From the NCBI RefSeq assembly GCF_032444005.1, contig NC_091288.1, positions 217,434,001 through 217,498,000 on the forward strand: a stretch of DNA of 64,000 nt, read 5' to 3'. Both the position numbers and the translations under genes were made by a program. Origin of the DNA: Ranitomeya imitator. Lineage: Eukaryota. A model generated the notes under the pieces. It worked only from the letters and a program-made list of their open reading frames with translations, was not told the origin of the DNA and ran no database searches. Below, piece after piece: positions 1 through 15,990 of the stretch (the stretch's first letter is position 1; every line of letters begins with the position of its first letter).

Positions 1-3000
1 CAGATGGACCATTTTAGAAAAGCGATCACAGACCACCCAAATGACAGACATTTTTTGAGAAACGGGAAGGTCAGAAATGAAATCCATCGAAATATGTGTC
101 CAAGGCCTCTTCGGGACCGGCAAGGGCAAAAGCAACCCACTGGCACGTGAACAGCAGGGCTTAGCCCTAGCACAAATTCCACAGGACTGCACAAAAGCAC
201 GCACATCCCGTGACAGAGATGGCCACCAGAAGGATCTAGCAACCAACTCCCTGGTACCAAAGATTCCTGGATGACCGGCCAGCACCGAACAATGAAGTTC
301 AGAGATAACTTTACTAGTCCACCTATCAGGGACGAACAGTTTCTCGGCCGGACAACGATCAGGTTTATTAGCCTGAAATTTCTGCAACACTCTCCGCAAA
401 TCAGGGGAGATGGCAGACACAATGACTCCTTCCTTGAGGATACTCGCCGGCTCAGATAACCCCGGAGAGTCGGGCACAAAACTCCTAGACAGAGCATCCG
501 CCTTCACATTTTTAGAGCCCGGAAGGTATGAAATCACAAAATCAAAACGAGCAAAAAATAACGACCAACGGGCCTGTCTAGGATTCAAGCGCTTGGCAGA
601 CTCAAGATAAGTAAGGTTCTTATGATCAGTCAAAACCACCACGCGATGCTTAGCACCCTCAAGCCAATGACGCCACTCCTCGAATGCCCACTTCATGGCC
701 AGCAACTCTCGGTTGCCCACATCATAATTACGCTCAGCAGCAGAAAATTTCCTGGAAAAGAAAGCACATGGTTTGAACACTGAGCAACCAGAACCTCTCT
801 GTGACAAAACCGCCCCTGCACCAATCTCAGAAGCATCAACCTCGACCTGGAACGGAAGAGAAACATCAGGTTGACACAACACAGGGGCACAGCAAAAACG
901 ACGCTTCAACTCCTGAAAAGCTTCCACGGCAGCAGAAGACCAATTAACCAAATCAGCACCCTTCTTGGTCAAATCGGTCAATGGTCTGGCAATGCTAGAA
1001 AAATTACAGATGAAGCGACGATAAAAATTAGCAAAGCCCAGGAATTTCTGCAAACTTTTTAGAGATGTCGGCTGAGTCCAATCCTGGATGGCCTGAAGCT
1101 TAACCGGATCCATCTCGATAGTAGAAGGGGAAAAGATGAACCCCAAAAATGAAACTTTCTGCACACCGAAGAGACACTTTGATCCCTTCACGAACAAGGA
1201 ATTAGCACGCAGTACCTGGAAAACCATTCTGACTTGCTTCACATGAGACTCCCAATCATCTGAGAAGATCAAAATGTCATCCAAGTAAACAATCAAGAAT
1301 TTATCCAGATACTCACGGAAAATGTCATGCATAAAAGACTGAAAAACAGATGGAGCATTGGCAAGTCCGAACGGCATCACCAGATACTCAAAATGACCCT
1401 CGGGCGTATTAAATGCCGTTTTCCATTCATCTCCCTGCCTGATTCTCACCAGATTATACGCACCACGAAGATCAATCTTAGTAAACCAACTAGCCCCCTT
1501 AATCCGAGCAAACAAGTCAGAAATCAATGGCAAGGGATACTGAAACTTAACAGTGATCTTATTAAGAAGGCGGTAATCAATACACGGTCTTAGCGAACCA
1601 TCCTTCTTGGCTACAAAAAAGAACCCTGCTCCCAATGGTGACGACGATGGGCGAATATGTCCCTTCTCCAGGGACTCCTCCACATAACTGCGCATAGCGG
1701 TGTGTTCAGGTACGGACAAATTAAATAAACGACCCTTAGGGAATTTACTACCAGGAATCAAATCGATAGCACAATCACAATTCCTATGCGGAGGTAGGGC
1801 ATCAGACTTGGACTCTTCAAATACATCCTGAAAGTCCGACAAGAACTCTGGGATGTCAGAAGGAATGGATGACGAAATAGACAAAAATGGAACATCACCA
1901 TGTACTCCCTGACAACCCCAGCTGGTTACCGACATAGAGTTCCAATCCAATACTGGATTATGGGTTTGTAGCCATGGCAACCCCAACACGACCACATCAT
2001 GCAAATTATGCAGTACCAAAAAGCGAATAACTTCCTGATGTGCAGGAGCCATGCACATGGTCAGCTGGGCCCAGTACTGAGGCTTATTCTTGGCCAAAGG
2101 TGTAGCATCAATTCCTCTCAACGGAATAGGACACCGCAAAGGCTCCAAGAAAAATCCACAACGTTTAGCATAATCCAAATCCATCAGATTCAGGGCAGCG
2201 CCTGAATCCACAAACGCCATGACAGAATATGATGACAAAGAGCACATTAAGGTAATGGACAAAAGGAATTTGGACTGTACAGTACCAATAACGGCAGAGC
2301 TATCGAACCGCCTAGTGCGTTTAGGACAATTAGAAATAGCATAAGTAGAATCACCACAATAGAAACACAGTCTGTTCAGACGTCTGTGTTCGTGCCGTTC
2401 TACTTTAGTCATAGTCCTGTCGCACTGCATAGGCTCAGGCTTACTCTCAGACAATACCGCCAGATGGTGCACAGATTTACGCTCGCGCAAGCGACGACCG
2501 ATCTGAATGGCCAAGGACATAGACTCATTCAAACCAGCAGGCATAGGAAATCCCACCATTACATCCTTAAGAGCTTCAGAGAGACCCTTTCTGAACAAAG
2601 CCGCTAGTGCAGATTCATTCCACAGAGTGAGTACTGACCATTTTCTAAATTTCTGACAATATACTTCTACATCATCCTGACCCTGGCATAAAGCCAGCAG
2701 ATTTTTCTCAGCTTGATCCACTGAATTAGGCTCATCGTAAAGCAATCCCAGCGCCTGGAAAAATGCATCAACATTACTCAATGCAGAATCTCCTGGTGCA
2801 AGAGAAAACGCCCAGTCCTGTGGGTCGCCGCGCAAAAAAGAAATAATAATCAAAACCTGTTGAATAGGATTACCAGAAGAATGAGGTTTCAAGGCCAAAA
2901 ATAGCTTACAATTATTTCTGAAGCTCAGGAACTTAGTTCTGTCACCAAAAAACAAATCAGGAATCGGAATTCTTGGTTCTAGCATCGATTTCTGATCAAT

Positions 3001-3069
3001 AGTATCTTGAATCTTTTGTACATTTACAACGAGATTATCCATTGAGGAGCACAGAGCCTGAATATCCAT
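1..3069 (-). CDS. Gag-Pol polyprotein (capsid-like gag, zinc knuckle, aspartic protease, RT, RNase H, integrase N-terminal half); open off the window edge
   Basis: Manually translated from ATG 3069 (MDIQALCSSMDNL...) with no stop in 1023 codons. Motifs: CFYCGDSTYAISNC knuckle (~2326-2367), VDSGA protease (DSG 2200-2208), YLDD (1276-1287), VDASEIGAGAVL and TDHKNL RNase H, LHCSVLAGHPG...WWPSL...C..C integrase zinc domain, ISMDFISDLP and VCDRFSKM integrase core. Absent from the ORF track, apparently because its stop lies outside the window. Confidence 0.95.
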   Translation of the reverse strand, partial: MDIQALCSSMDNLVVNVQKIQDTIDQKSMLEPRIPIPDLFFGDRTKFLSFRNNCKLFLALKPHSSGNPIQQVLIIISFLRGDPQDWAFSLAPGDSALSNVDAFFQALGLLYDEPNSVDQAEKNLLALCQGQDDVEVYCQKFRKWSVLTLWNESALAALFRKGLSEALKDVMVGFPMPAGLNESMSLAIQIGRRLRERKSVHHLAVLSESKPEPMQCDRTMTKVERHEHRRLNRLCFYCGDSTYAISNCPKRTRRFDSSAVIGTVQSKFLLSITLMCSLSSYSVMAFVDSGAALNLMDLDYAKRCGFFLEPLRCPIPLRGIDATPLAKNKPQYWAQLTMCMAPAHQEVIRFLVLHNLHDVVVLGLPWLQTHNPVLDWNSMSVTSWGCQGVHGDVPFLSISSSIPSDIPEFLSDFQDVFEESKSDALPPHRNCDCAIDLIPGSKFPKGRLFNLSVPEHTAMRSYVEESLEKGHIRPSSSPLGAGFFFVAKKDGSLRPCIDYRLLNKITVKFQYPLPLISDLFARIKGASWFTKIDLRGAYNLVRIRQGDEWKTAFNTPEGHFEYLVMPFGLANAPSVFQSFMHDIFREYLDKFLIVYLDDILIFSDDWESHVKQVRMVFQVLRANSLFVKGSKCLFGVQKVSFLGFIFSPSTIEMDPVKLQAIQDWTQPTSLKSLQKFLGFANFYRRFICNFSSIARPLTDLTKKGADLVNWSSAAVEAFQELKRRFCCAPVLCQPDVSLPFQVEVDASEIGAGAVLSQRGSGCSVFKPCAFFSRKFSAAERNYDVGNRELLAMKWAFEEWRHWLEGAKHRVVVLTDHKNLTYLESAKRLNPRQARWSLFFARFDFVISYLPGSKNVKADALSRSFVPDSPGLSEPASILKEGVIVSAISPDLRRVLQKFQANKPDRCPAEKLFVPDRWTSKVISELHCSVLAGHPGIFGTRELVARSFWWPSLSRDVRAFVQSCGICARAKPCCSRASGLLLPLPVPKRPWTHISMDFISDLPVSQKMSVIWVVCDRFSKMVHL

Positions 3070-3201
3070 GTCCACAGCTGTGTCCTGAAGCACTCTAATG
3101 TCTAGGGGAAAAAAAAGACTGAAGACAGAGCTAAGAAAAAAAAATGATGTCAGGATTTCTTTTTTCCCTCTATTGGGAATCATTGGTGTGGCTCCTTGTA
3201 C

Positions 3202-3949
3202 TGTTATGGCTGGCAATCAGGCAACACAGCGTGCAGTAATCAGCGCACATACAGAGATCTGGCAATAACCCAAAACAATAGGACGAGCTCTGAGACGTGG
3301 AATCTCTGTAGACTGCAGTACCTGATCTATCCTCACACAACTGTAAGCAGCAGTGGATTGCGCCTATCAACTACCTATGCAACTCGGCACTGCCTGAGGA
3401 GCTGACTAGCCTGAAGATAGAAATACAAGCCTGACTTACCTCAGAGAAATACCCCAAAGGAATAGGCAGCCCCCACATATAATGACTGTTAGCAAGATGA
3501 AAAGACAAACGTAGGAATGAAATAGATTCAGCAAAGTGAGGCCCGATATTCTAGACAGAGCGAGGATAGCAAAGAGAACTATGCAGTCTACAAAAAACCC
3601 TAAAACGAAAACCACGCAAAGGGGCAAAAAGACCCACCGTGCCGAACTAACAGCACGGCGGTGCACCCCTTTGCTTCTCAGAGCTTCCAGCAAAAGTTAA
3701 TAGCAAGCTGGACAGAAAAAACAGAAAACAAACTAGAAGCACTTATCTAGCAGAGCAGCAGGCCCAAGGAAAGATGCAGTAGCTCAGATCCAACACTGGA
3801 ACATTGACAAGGAGCAAGGAAGACAGACTCAGGTGGAGCTAAATAGCAAGGCAGCCAACGAGCTCACCAAAACACCTGAGGGAGGAAGCCCAGAGACTGC
3901 AATACCACTTGTGACCACAGAAGTGAACTCAGCCACAGAATTCACAACA
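3202..3949 (-). repeat. 5' LTR (748 bp) of the Ty3/Gypsy element
   Basis: TGTT...AACA inverted termini; alignable along its length with the solo LTR at 12226-13032; TATA-like TATTTA at 3845-3840 on -. Confidence 0.9.
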
Positions 3950-6183
3950 GCTCCCCCTAGTGGTGGCTGCAGACAGGATCTTATCATGTATCTCTGTATA
4001 AAGGGAGCTCCCCCTAGTGGTGGCTGCAGACAGGATCTTATCATGTATCTCTGTATACAGGGAGCTCCCCCTAGTGGTGGCTGCAGACAGGATCTTATCA
4101 TGTATCTCTGTGTACAGGGAGCTCCCCCTAGTGGTGGCTGCAGACAGGATCTTATCATGTATCTCTGTATACAGGGAGCTCCCCCTAGTGGTGGCTGCAG
4201 ACAGGATCTTATCATGTATCTCTGTGTACAGGGAGCTCCCCCTAGTGGTGGCTGCAGACAGGATCTTATCATGTATCTCTGTATACAGGGAGCTCCCCCT
4301 AGTGGTGGCTGCAGACAGGATCTTATCATGTATCTCTGTATACAGGGAGCTCCCCCTAGTGGTGGCTGCAGACAGGATCTTATCATGTATCTCTGTATAC
4401 AGGGAGCTCCCCCTAGTGGTGACTGCAGACAGGATCTTATCATGTATCTCTGTATACAGGGAGCTCCCCCTAGTGGTGGCTGCAGACAGGATCTTATCAT
4501 GTATCTCTGTATAAAGGGAGCTCCCCCTAGTGGTGGCTGCAGACAGGATCTTATCATGTATCTCTGTATACAGGGAGCTCCCCCTAGTGGTGGCTGCAGA
4601 CAGGATCTTATCATGTATCTCTGTGTACAGGGAGCTCCCCCTAGTGGTGGCTGCAGACAGGATCTTATCATGTATCTCTGTATACAGGGAGCTCCCCCTA
4701 GTGGTGGCTGCAGACAGGATCTTATCATGTATCTCTGTATACAGGGAGCTCCCCCTAGTGGTGGCTGCAGACAGGATCTTATCATGTATCTCTGTATACA
4801 GGGAGCTCCCCCTAGTGGTGGCTGCAGACAGGATCTTATCATGTATCTCTGTATACAGGGAGCTCCCCCTAGTGGTGGCTGCAGACAGGATCTTATCATG
4901 TATCTCTGTATACAGGGAGCTCCCCCTAGTGGTGGCTGCAGACAGGATCTTATCATGTATCTCTGTATACAGGGAGCTCCCCCTAGTGGTGACTGCAGAC
5001 AGGATCTTATCATGTATCTCTGTATACAGGGAGCTCCCCCTAGTGGTGGCTGCAGACAGGATCTTATCATGTATCTCTGTATAAAGGGAGCTCCCCCTAG
5101 TGGTGGCTGCAGACAGGATCTTATCATGTATCTCTGTGTACAGGGAGCTCCCCCTAGTGGTGGCTGCAGACAGGATCTTATCATGTATCTCTGTGTACAG
5201 GGAGCTCCCCCTAGTGGTGGCTGCAGACAGGATCTTATCATGTATCTCTGTATACAGGGAGCTCCCCCTAGTGGTGGCTGCAGACAGGATCTTATCATGT
5301 ATCTCTGTATACAGGGAGCTCCCCCTAGTGGTGGCTGCAGACAGGATCTTATCATGTATCTCTGTATACAGGAAGCTCCCCCTAGTGGTGACTGCAGACA
5401 GGATCTTATCATGTATCTCTGTATACAGGGAGCTCCCCCTAGTGGTGACTGCAGACAGGATCTTATCATGTATCTCTGTATACAGGGAGCTCCCCCTAGT
5501 GGTGGCTGCAGACAGGATCTTATCATGTATCTCTGTATACAGGAAGCTCCCCCTAGTGGTGACTGCAGACAGGATCTTATCATGTATCTCTGTATACAGG
5601 GAGCTCCCCCTAGTGGTGGCTGCAGACAGGATCTTATCATGTATCTCTGTATACAGGGAGCTCCCCCTAGTGGTGGCTGCAGACAGGATCTTATCATGTA
5701 TCTCTGTATACAGGGAGCTCCCCCTAGTGGTGACTGCAGACAGGATCTTATCATGTATCTGTATACAGGGAGCTCCCCCTAGTGGTGGCTGCAGACAGAA
5801 TCTTATCGTGTATCTCTGTATACAGGGAGCTCCCCCTAGTGCTGACTGCAGACAGGATCTTATCATGTATCTCTGTATACAGGGAGCTTCCCCTAGTGGT
5901 GGCTGCAGACAGGATCTTATCATGTATCTCTGTATACAGGGAGCTCCCCCTAGTGGTGGCTGCAGACAGGATCTTATCATGTATCTCTGTATACAGGGAG
6001 CTCCCCCTAGTGGTGGCTGCAGACAGGATCTTATCATGTATCTCTGTATACAGGGAGCTCCCCCTAGTGGTGGCTGCAGACAGGATCTTATCATGTATCT
6101 CTGTATACAGGGAGCTCCCCCTAGTGGTGGCTGCAGACAGGATCTTATCATGTATCTCTGTATACAGGGAGCTCCCCCTAGTG
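3950..6183. repeat. 57-bp minisatellite, ~39 copies
   Basis: Unit GCTCCCCCTAGTGGTGGCTGCAGACAGGATCTTATCATGTATCTCTGTATACAGGGA; variant units recur at 513- and 570-bp spacing. Confidence 0.98.
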
Positions 6184-6900
6184 TTTGGGATCAGGTGTTG
6201 GCTTTACATCTGTGTCAGATGTAGCTGATCCTGTAATGCTGCGGTTTGCCCAGGTAGCTTACCTGAGGTCAGGGCCATATTTATATTTGGAAGAGAGGAG
6301 GGAAAGGTCAGAGGTCGCCTCAGTCTCATTTCAGTCTCTTTTGCTGAATCCTCATGAAAAAAATAAACTTGAGGAAATTATATGGGGAGGGGAATTAAAG
6401 GGCCCATCATCCTAGAAATCATCTTCCTCTGTCAGATCATTGAAATATAATCGGGCATAATGGTGTTATCCAGAATTATGTGCCCCCCCTCTTCTCCTCA
6501 TTACGATTTTTCTATGGAGTCAGATGAAGCCCCCAGGAATAAGACGGTTAATATCTTAAATTTTTGTTTAGAGGAGACAGAACACGATCATCTGAAATAA
6601 TACGACCGTTATTACATGTGATACCATAATATGTGCTGCACACCCTTACTGTCAACGCCAGCTGCACCAAGTCACACCATGTCAGGGACTAGTCAGCTGT
6701 TTAAAGGGACAGTACAATACATGGTAATTCAGCTGTGTCATTCCAGGAGGCTCTGGAGACAGAATAGAATGGAATTTAAATAAGACTAAAAATTTATGAA
6801 TTATGGTTGCATGTCACTTTAAGATTTAAAGGGGACATGCACATTAATATAAAATTCAGTTTAGGGTGTAAAGGTTCTTCCTGTGGCTGTGTTCTTGCAG

Positions 6901-11803
<4,903 letters not shown>

Positions 11804-12225
11804 GAGGAGCCATGTGGATGGCGGAAAAATGACCACAACCACCTCTCACCCTCAGCAAATCTGTATGAAGGATCTAGTTGATTCCTGGGATACTTGATTA
11901 TAATACACCTCCCACATACGTAGGCTCCTCCCCTCATTGTGGCTCCTCCCCTTTGTCTATGTACGACAGTTTTCTGAATTCTTTCATTTGTGGCTCTTGA
12001 TCACTCTGTCCTTGTGGTTCTCCACGTACTGACTTCCCGTTACAGGAGGTGACATTCAGACTACCTCAGCCTCCCGGAGGCAAAGCAGCAAACTTGTACA
12101 TTGTAACAAACCCTCCATAAAGAACAGTTTACATACATCTCTCTGAGTTTCTGTGCTCGGGGTGTGGCGTATATAGATTACATGAATGCTTAATAATTTG
12201 GGTCTGAGATTCTAAGTGCGGGGTC

Positions 12226-13032
12226 TGTTGTGAATTCTGTGGCAGAGCTCCCTCCTGTGGTCACAAGTGGTACTTCTGCTGATTCTCTCTGTGAGCTTCC
12301 GTTGGTGGAGGAAAGTGGTACTGCGGCTTCTGAGTTTCCTTCCTCAGGTGATGTGGTGAGGTCGTTAGGTGCTGCTCTACTTAACTCCACCTAGTGCTTT
12401 GATCCTGGCCTCCTGTCAATGTTCCAGTATTGGACTTGTTTTCTACTGGATTGTTCCTGTGGCCTGCTGCTCTGCATAGCTAAGTTTTCCTTTGCTATTT
12501 TGTTTGCTGTTTTTTCTGTCCAGCTTATCTATTTGTTTTGCTGGAAGCTCTGGGACGCAGAGGGTGTACCTCCGTGCCGTTAGTTCGGTACGGAGGGTCT
12601 TTTTGCCCCCTTTGTGTGGTTTTTTAGGGTTTTGTGTTGACCGCAAAGTTACCTTTCCTATCCTCGCTCTGTTCAGAAAGTCAGGCCTCACTTTGCTTAA
12701 TCTATTTCATCGCTACGTTTGTCTTTTCATCTTTACTCACAGTCATTATATGTGGGGGGTCTGCCTTTTCCTTTGGGGTATTTCTCTGAGGCAAGGTAGG
12801 CTTATTTTCTATCTTCAGGCTAGCTAGTTTCTCAGGCTGTGCCGAGTTGCATAGGGAGCGTTAGGCGCAATCCACGGCTGCCTCTAGTGTTGTTGGAGAG
12901 GATCAGGGATTGCGGTCAACAGAGTTCCCACGTCTCAGAGCTCGTTCTATATTTTTGGGTTATTGTCAGATCACTGTATGTGCTCTGACCGCTATGTCCA
13001 TTGTGGTAATTGCCTAATCATAACTCATAACA
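12226..13032 (+). mobile_element. Solo LTR (807 bp) related to the LTR at 3202-3949
   Basis: TGTTGTGAATTCTGTGG...CATAACA, colinear with the other LTR apart from an extra ~50-bp segment; flanked by the direct repeat GGGGTC (12220-12225, 13033-13038); no internal sequence. Confidence 0.9.
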
Positions 13033-13215
13033 GGGGTCGTCCAAGGAGGACGCTCGCTACTAAGAAGGCTAACACTTTTTAACTTTCAGCTATTTTTCAC
13101 TAAGTAGCCGGATGCAGAAAGCAGCCAGGACTCTGCAGCCATTTTCAGCTATGGAGATGTCATATTGTCAGTCACCCAAGCTCCATCCACGTGCACAGCC
13201 CCTGCTAGCCACACC

Positions 13216-14203
13216 TCTTTATGTGACTCCACCTCTTTCTGTAGCTCCACCCCTTTCTGTGTGCCCATCTTTCTGTGACTCCACCTTTTTTTGTACTCCA
13301 TTTCTTTCTGTGACTCCACCTCTTTCTGTAGCTCCACCTCTTTCTGCAACTCCACCTCTTTGTGACTCCACCTCTTTCTGGAGCTCCACCTCTTTATGTT
13401 ACTCCACCGTTTTGTAGCTCCGCCTCCTTATGTGACCCCACCCCTTTATGTGACCCCATCCCTTTCCGTGACTCCACCTCTTTCTGTAGCTCCACCCCTT
13501 TCTGTGTGCCCATCTTTATGTAACTCCACCTCTTTCTGTAGCTCCACCTCTTTATGTGACCACCCCTTTCTGTAGCGCCACCTCTTTCTGTACCTCCACC
13601 TCTTTGTGACTCCACCTCTTTATGTGACTCCACCTCTTTCTGTAGCTCCACACCTTTCTGTGTGCCCATCTTTATGTAACTCCACCTCTTTCTGTAACTC
13701 CACCTCTTTATGTGAGCACCCCTTTCTGTAGCTCCACCTCTTTGTGACTCTACTTCTTTGTGACTCCACCTTTCTGTGACCACCTCTTTCTGTAGCTTCA
13801 CCTTTCTGTGGCTCCACCTCGTTCTGTGACTCCACCTCTTTCTGTGCTCCACCTCTGTGACTCCACCTCTTTGTGTGACTCCACCTCTTTCTGTGCTCCA
13901 CCTCTATGTGACTCCACCTCTTTGTGTGACTCCACCTCTTTCTGTAGCTTCACCTTTCTGTGGCTCCACCTCGTTCTGTGACTCCACCTCTTTCTGTGCT
14001 CCACCTCTATGTGACTCCACCTCTTTGTGTGACTCCAGCTCTTTCTGTAGCTCCACCCCTTTCTGTGACTCCACCTCTTTCTGTGACTCCACCTCTTTCT
14101 GTGCTCCACCTCTATGTGACTCTACCTCTTTGTGTGACCCCACCCCTTTTTGTGACTCCACCCCTTTCTGTAGCTCCACCTCTATGTGACTCCACCTCTT
14201 TGT
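13216..14203. repeat. Degenerate ~18-19-bp tandem repeat
   Basis: Recurrent TGTGACTCCACCTCTTTC / TGTAGCTCCACC units. Confidence 0.9.
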
Positions 14204-15060
14204 GTGAAGCAGACTGGCTCCCTGGGGGATGAGAGGATCCCGCAATGAATGCAGGGCACCAATGGCCGGTCCTGGTGGTCCTCCTGTGGATGCCATCTTG
14301 TGACTGGCGGTCACAGGAGACGGTGATTTTCGCTCTATACAGCAGCGACTGGTACAAGCCTCTAATAGGGGTAAGAAAGTCAGAAAATAATGTGATGGAA
14401 AAAATAAAAAACATAAAAATAAATCCACATATTTGGTGTCACTGCATCTATAAAGGTCGGAATTATCAAAATATAAAAATGAAATGACCCAACCGGTAAG
14501 TGAAAAAATAAAAACACCAGAATTAGATTTTTTGGGGCCGTCGTAACTCTATAAAAAAATGGAAAAAAGACGATAAAAGCATCGTGTGCACCCCGAAATC
14601 TTATCAATAACAACATGGGCTAAGGGTGCAAAAAATAATCCCTGACCGGACACTGAAAACGCTACAGGTCTTGGACAATGGCGCCACAAGTGAAATATAT
14701 ATATTTTTTTTTTTCACAAATTTAAAAACATTTTTTCACAAGAAAAATAAAAAATATTGTCTAATGTCGCCGTAATTGTGTGAACCTGGAAAATCGCATT
14801 GTTGAGGAATTATTACCACATCGTGTGCCCTGTAAATAAAAAAAAAACAAAATCATCGTGTCATTGCGCCATTTTTTGCAATTTTTCTGCATTTGGAATT
14901 CTTTTAAAATAATTTTCTAATACATCACAATAAAACGAACGGAGTCACTCAAAAGTACAACTCGTCCTGCAAAATACGAGCCGTCACACGGCTGCAGGGA
15001 GGGAAGAATAAAGGAGTTATGGCTCTGGGAAAAAAATACGGAAATGGAAAATAGCCGTGT

Positions 15061-15303
15061 CAGGAAAGGGTTAATGGTAAGGCCGGCCTCCCGGAAAGGG
15101 TTAATGGTAAGGCCGGCCTCCTGGAAAGGGTTAATGGTAAGGCCGGCCTCCCGGAAAGGGTTAATGGTAAGGCCGGCCTCCTGGAAAGGGTTAATGGTAA
15201 GGCCGGCCTCCTGGAAAGGGTTAATGGTAAGGACAGCCTCCCGGAAAGGGTTAATGGTAAGGACGGCCTCCCGGAAAGGGTTAATGGTAAGGCCGGCCTC
15301 CCG
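15061..15303. repeat. 30-bp tandem repeat, ~8 copies
   Basis: Unit CCGGAAAGGGTTAATGGTAAGGCCGGCCTC. Confidence 0.95.
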
Positions 15304-15600
15304 GCTGGTAACATTGGCCCCATGTTCTGGGTCACACCCCTGAGGAGCACTGCAGGCTGAGGCTTCCTCCCTCCCCACCAGAGGGCGCTGATAACAGGCC
15401 CTAGAGGTAGATCCCTCCCCGATTCCACACCGGCCGCCGGTCAGAGCGGTCTGCGGTCAGTCAGCTGCGGCTCAGGCACGAGCGGCGGGGATCGGGACGC
15501 ATCGCGGCGGCAGGACATCGTGTCTGTGTGTGAACAGTGACATGCAGCCGCTGCTCACGTTATGGGGGCCCTCTACACCCACAGGTGCTACTGGGGGACC

Positions 15601-15616
15601 CCACTAGGGGGAGCTA
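15601..15616 (+). promoter_or_regulatory. Candidate CTCF site
   Basis: CCACTAGGGGGAGCTA matches the CTCF core consensus CCASYAGRKGGCRS at 13 of 14 positions; motif match only. Confidence 0.45.
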
Positions 15617-15990
15617 GCCGCATGTGCTATACTGCTCTGGCGGCTGCAGGAATACGCTGATTTAAAGGGATGTTCCCCCAGGGCTGGGGTGTGACACCAC
15701 GTTATGGTCGGGGGCATCTGATTTCTGGTATTAACACTATACACTGAGGCCCCCGATCCCCCGCTATATGGAGGGGGCGCCCCGGAGTGTGGGATCATGG
15801 ATGTTATAACCGGTCATAGGGAGCGATCACAAGGAGCAGTCAGAGAGCTGGACACGACTTATCTGTGGGCAGACAGCTCGGGTACAGCAGATTAGATACA
15901 GACAAGCTCATATCTGTGATACACACTGCAGCAAAGGTGGCGAAACAGGGGCCCGAGACAGGAACTACCGCCCCAAATACCACAGGAATG

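Larger units (their letters stand above)
1..3949 (-). mobile_element. Ty3/Gypsy LTR retrotransposon (Tf1/sushi-like): 5' LTR plus internal region, truncated by the left window edge
   Basis: LTR at 3202-3949 with TG...CA termini (sense TGTTGTG...CATAACA), followed on - by a gag-pol ORF with domain order gag-PR-RT-RH-IN, which is diagnostic of Ty3/Gypsy. Confidence 0.95.

Noticed and set aside
3829-6228. 640-740-aa repetitive ORFs on both strands
   Set aside because: The 57-bp unit is a multiple of 3 and stop-free in several frames; no domain, splice or promoter support.
14330-15060. AT-rich stretch that looks like an interspersed DNA-transposon relic
   Set aside because: No TIR pair, TSD or coding remnant could be defined, so it is left unannotated.
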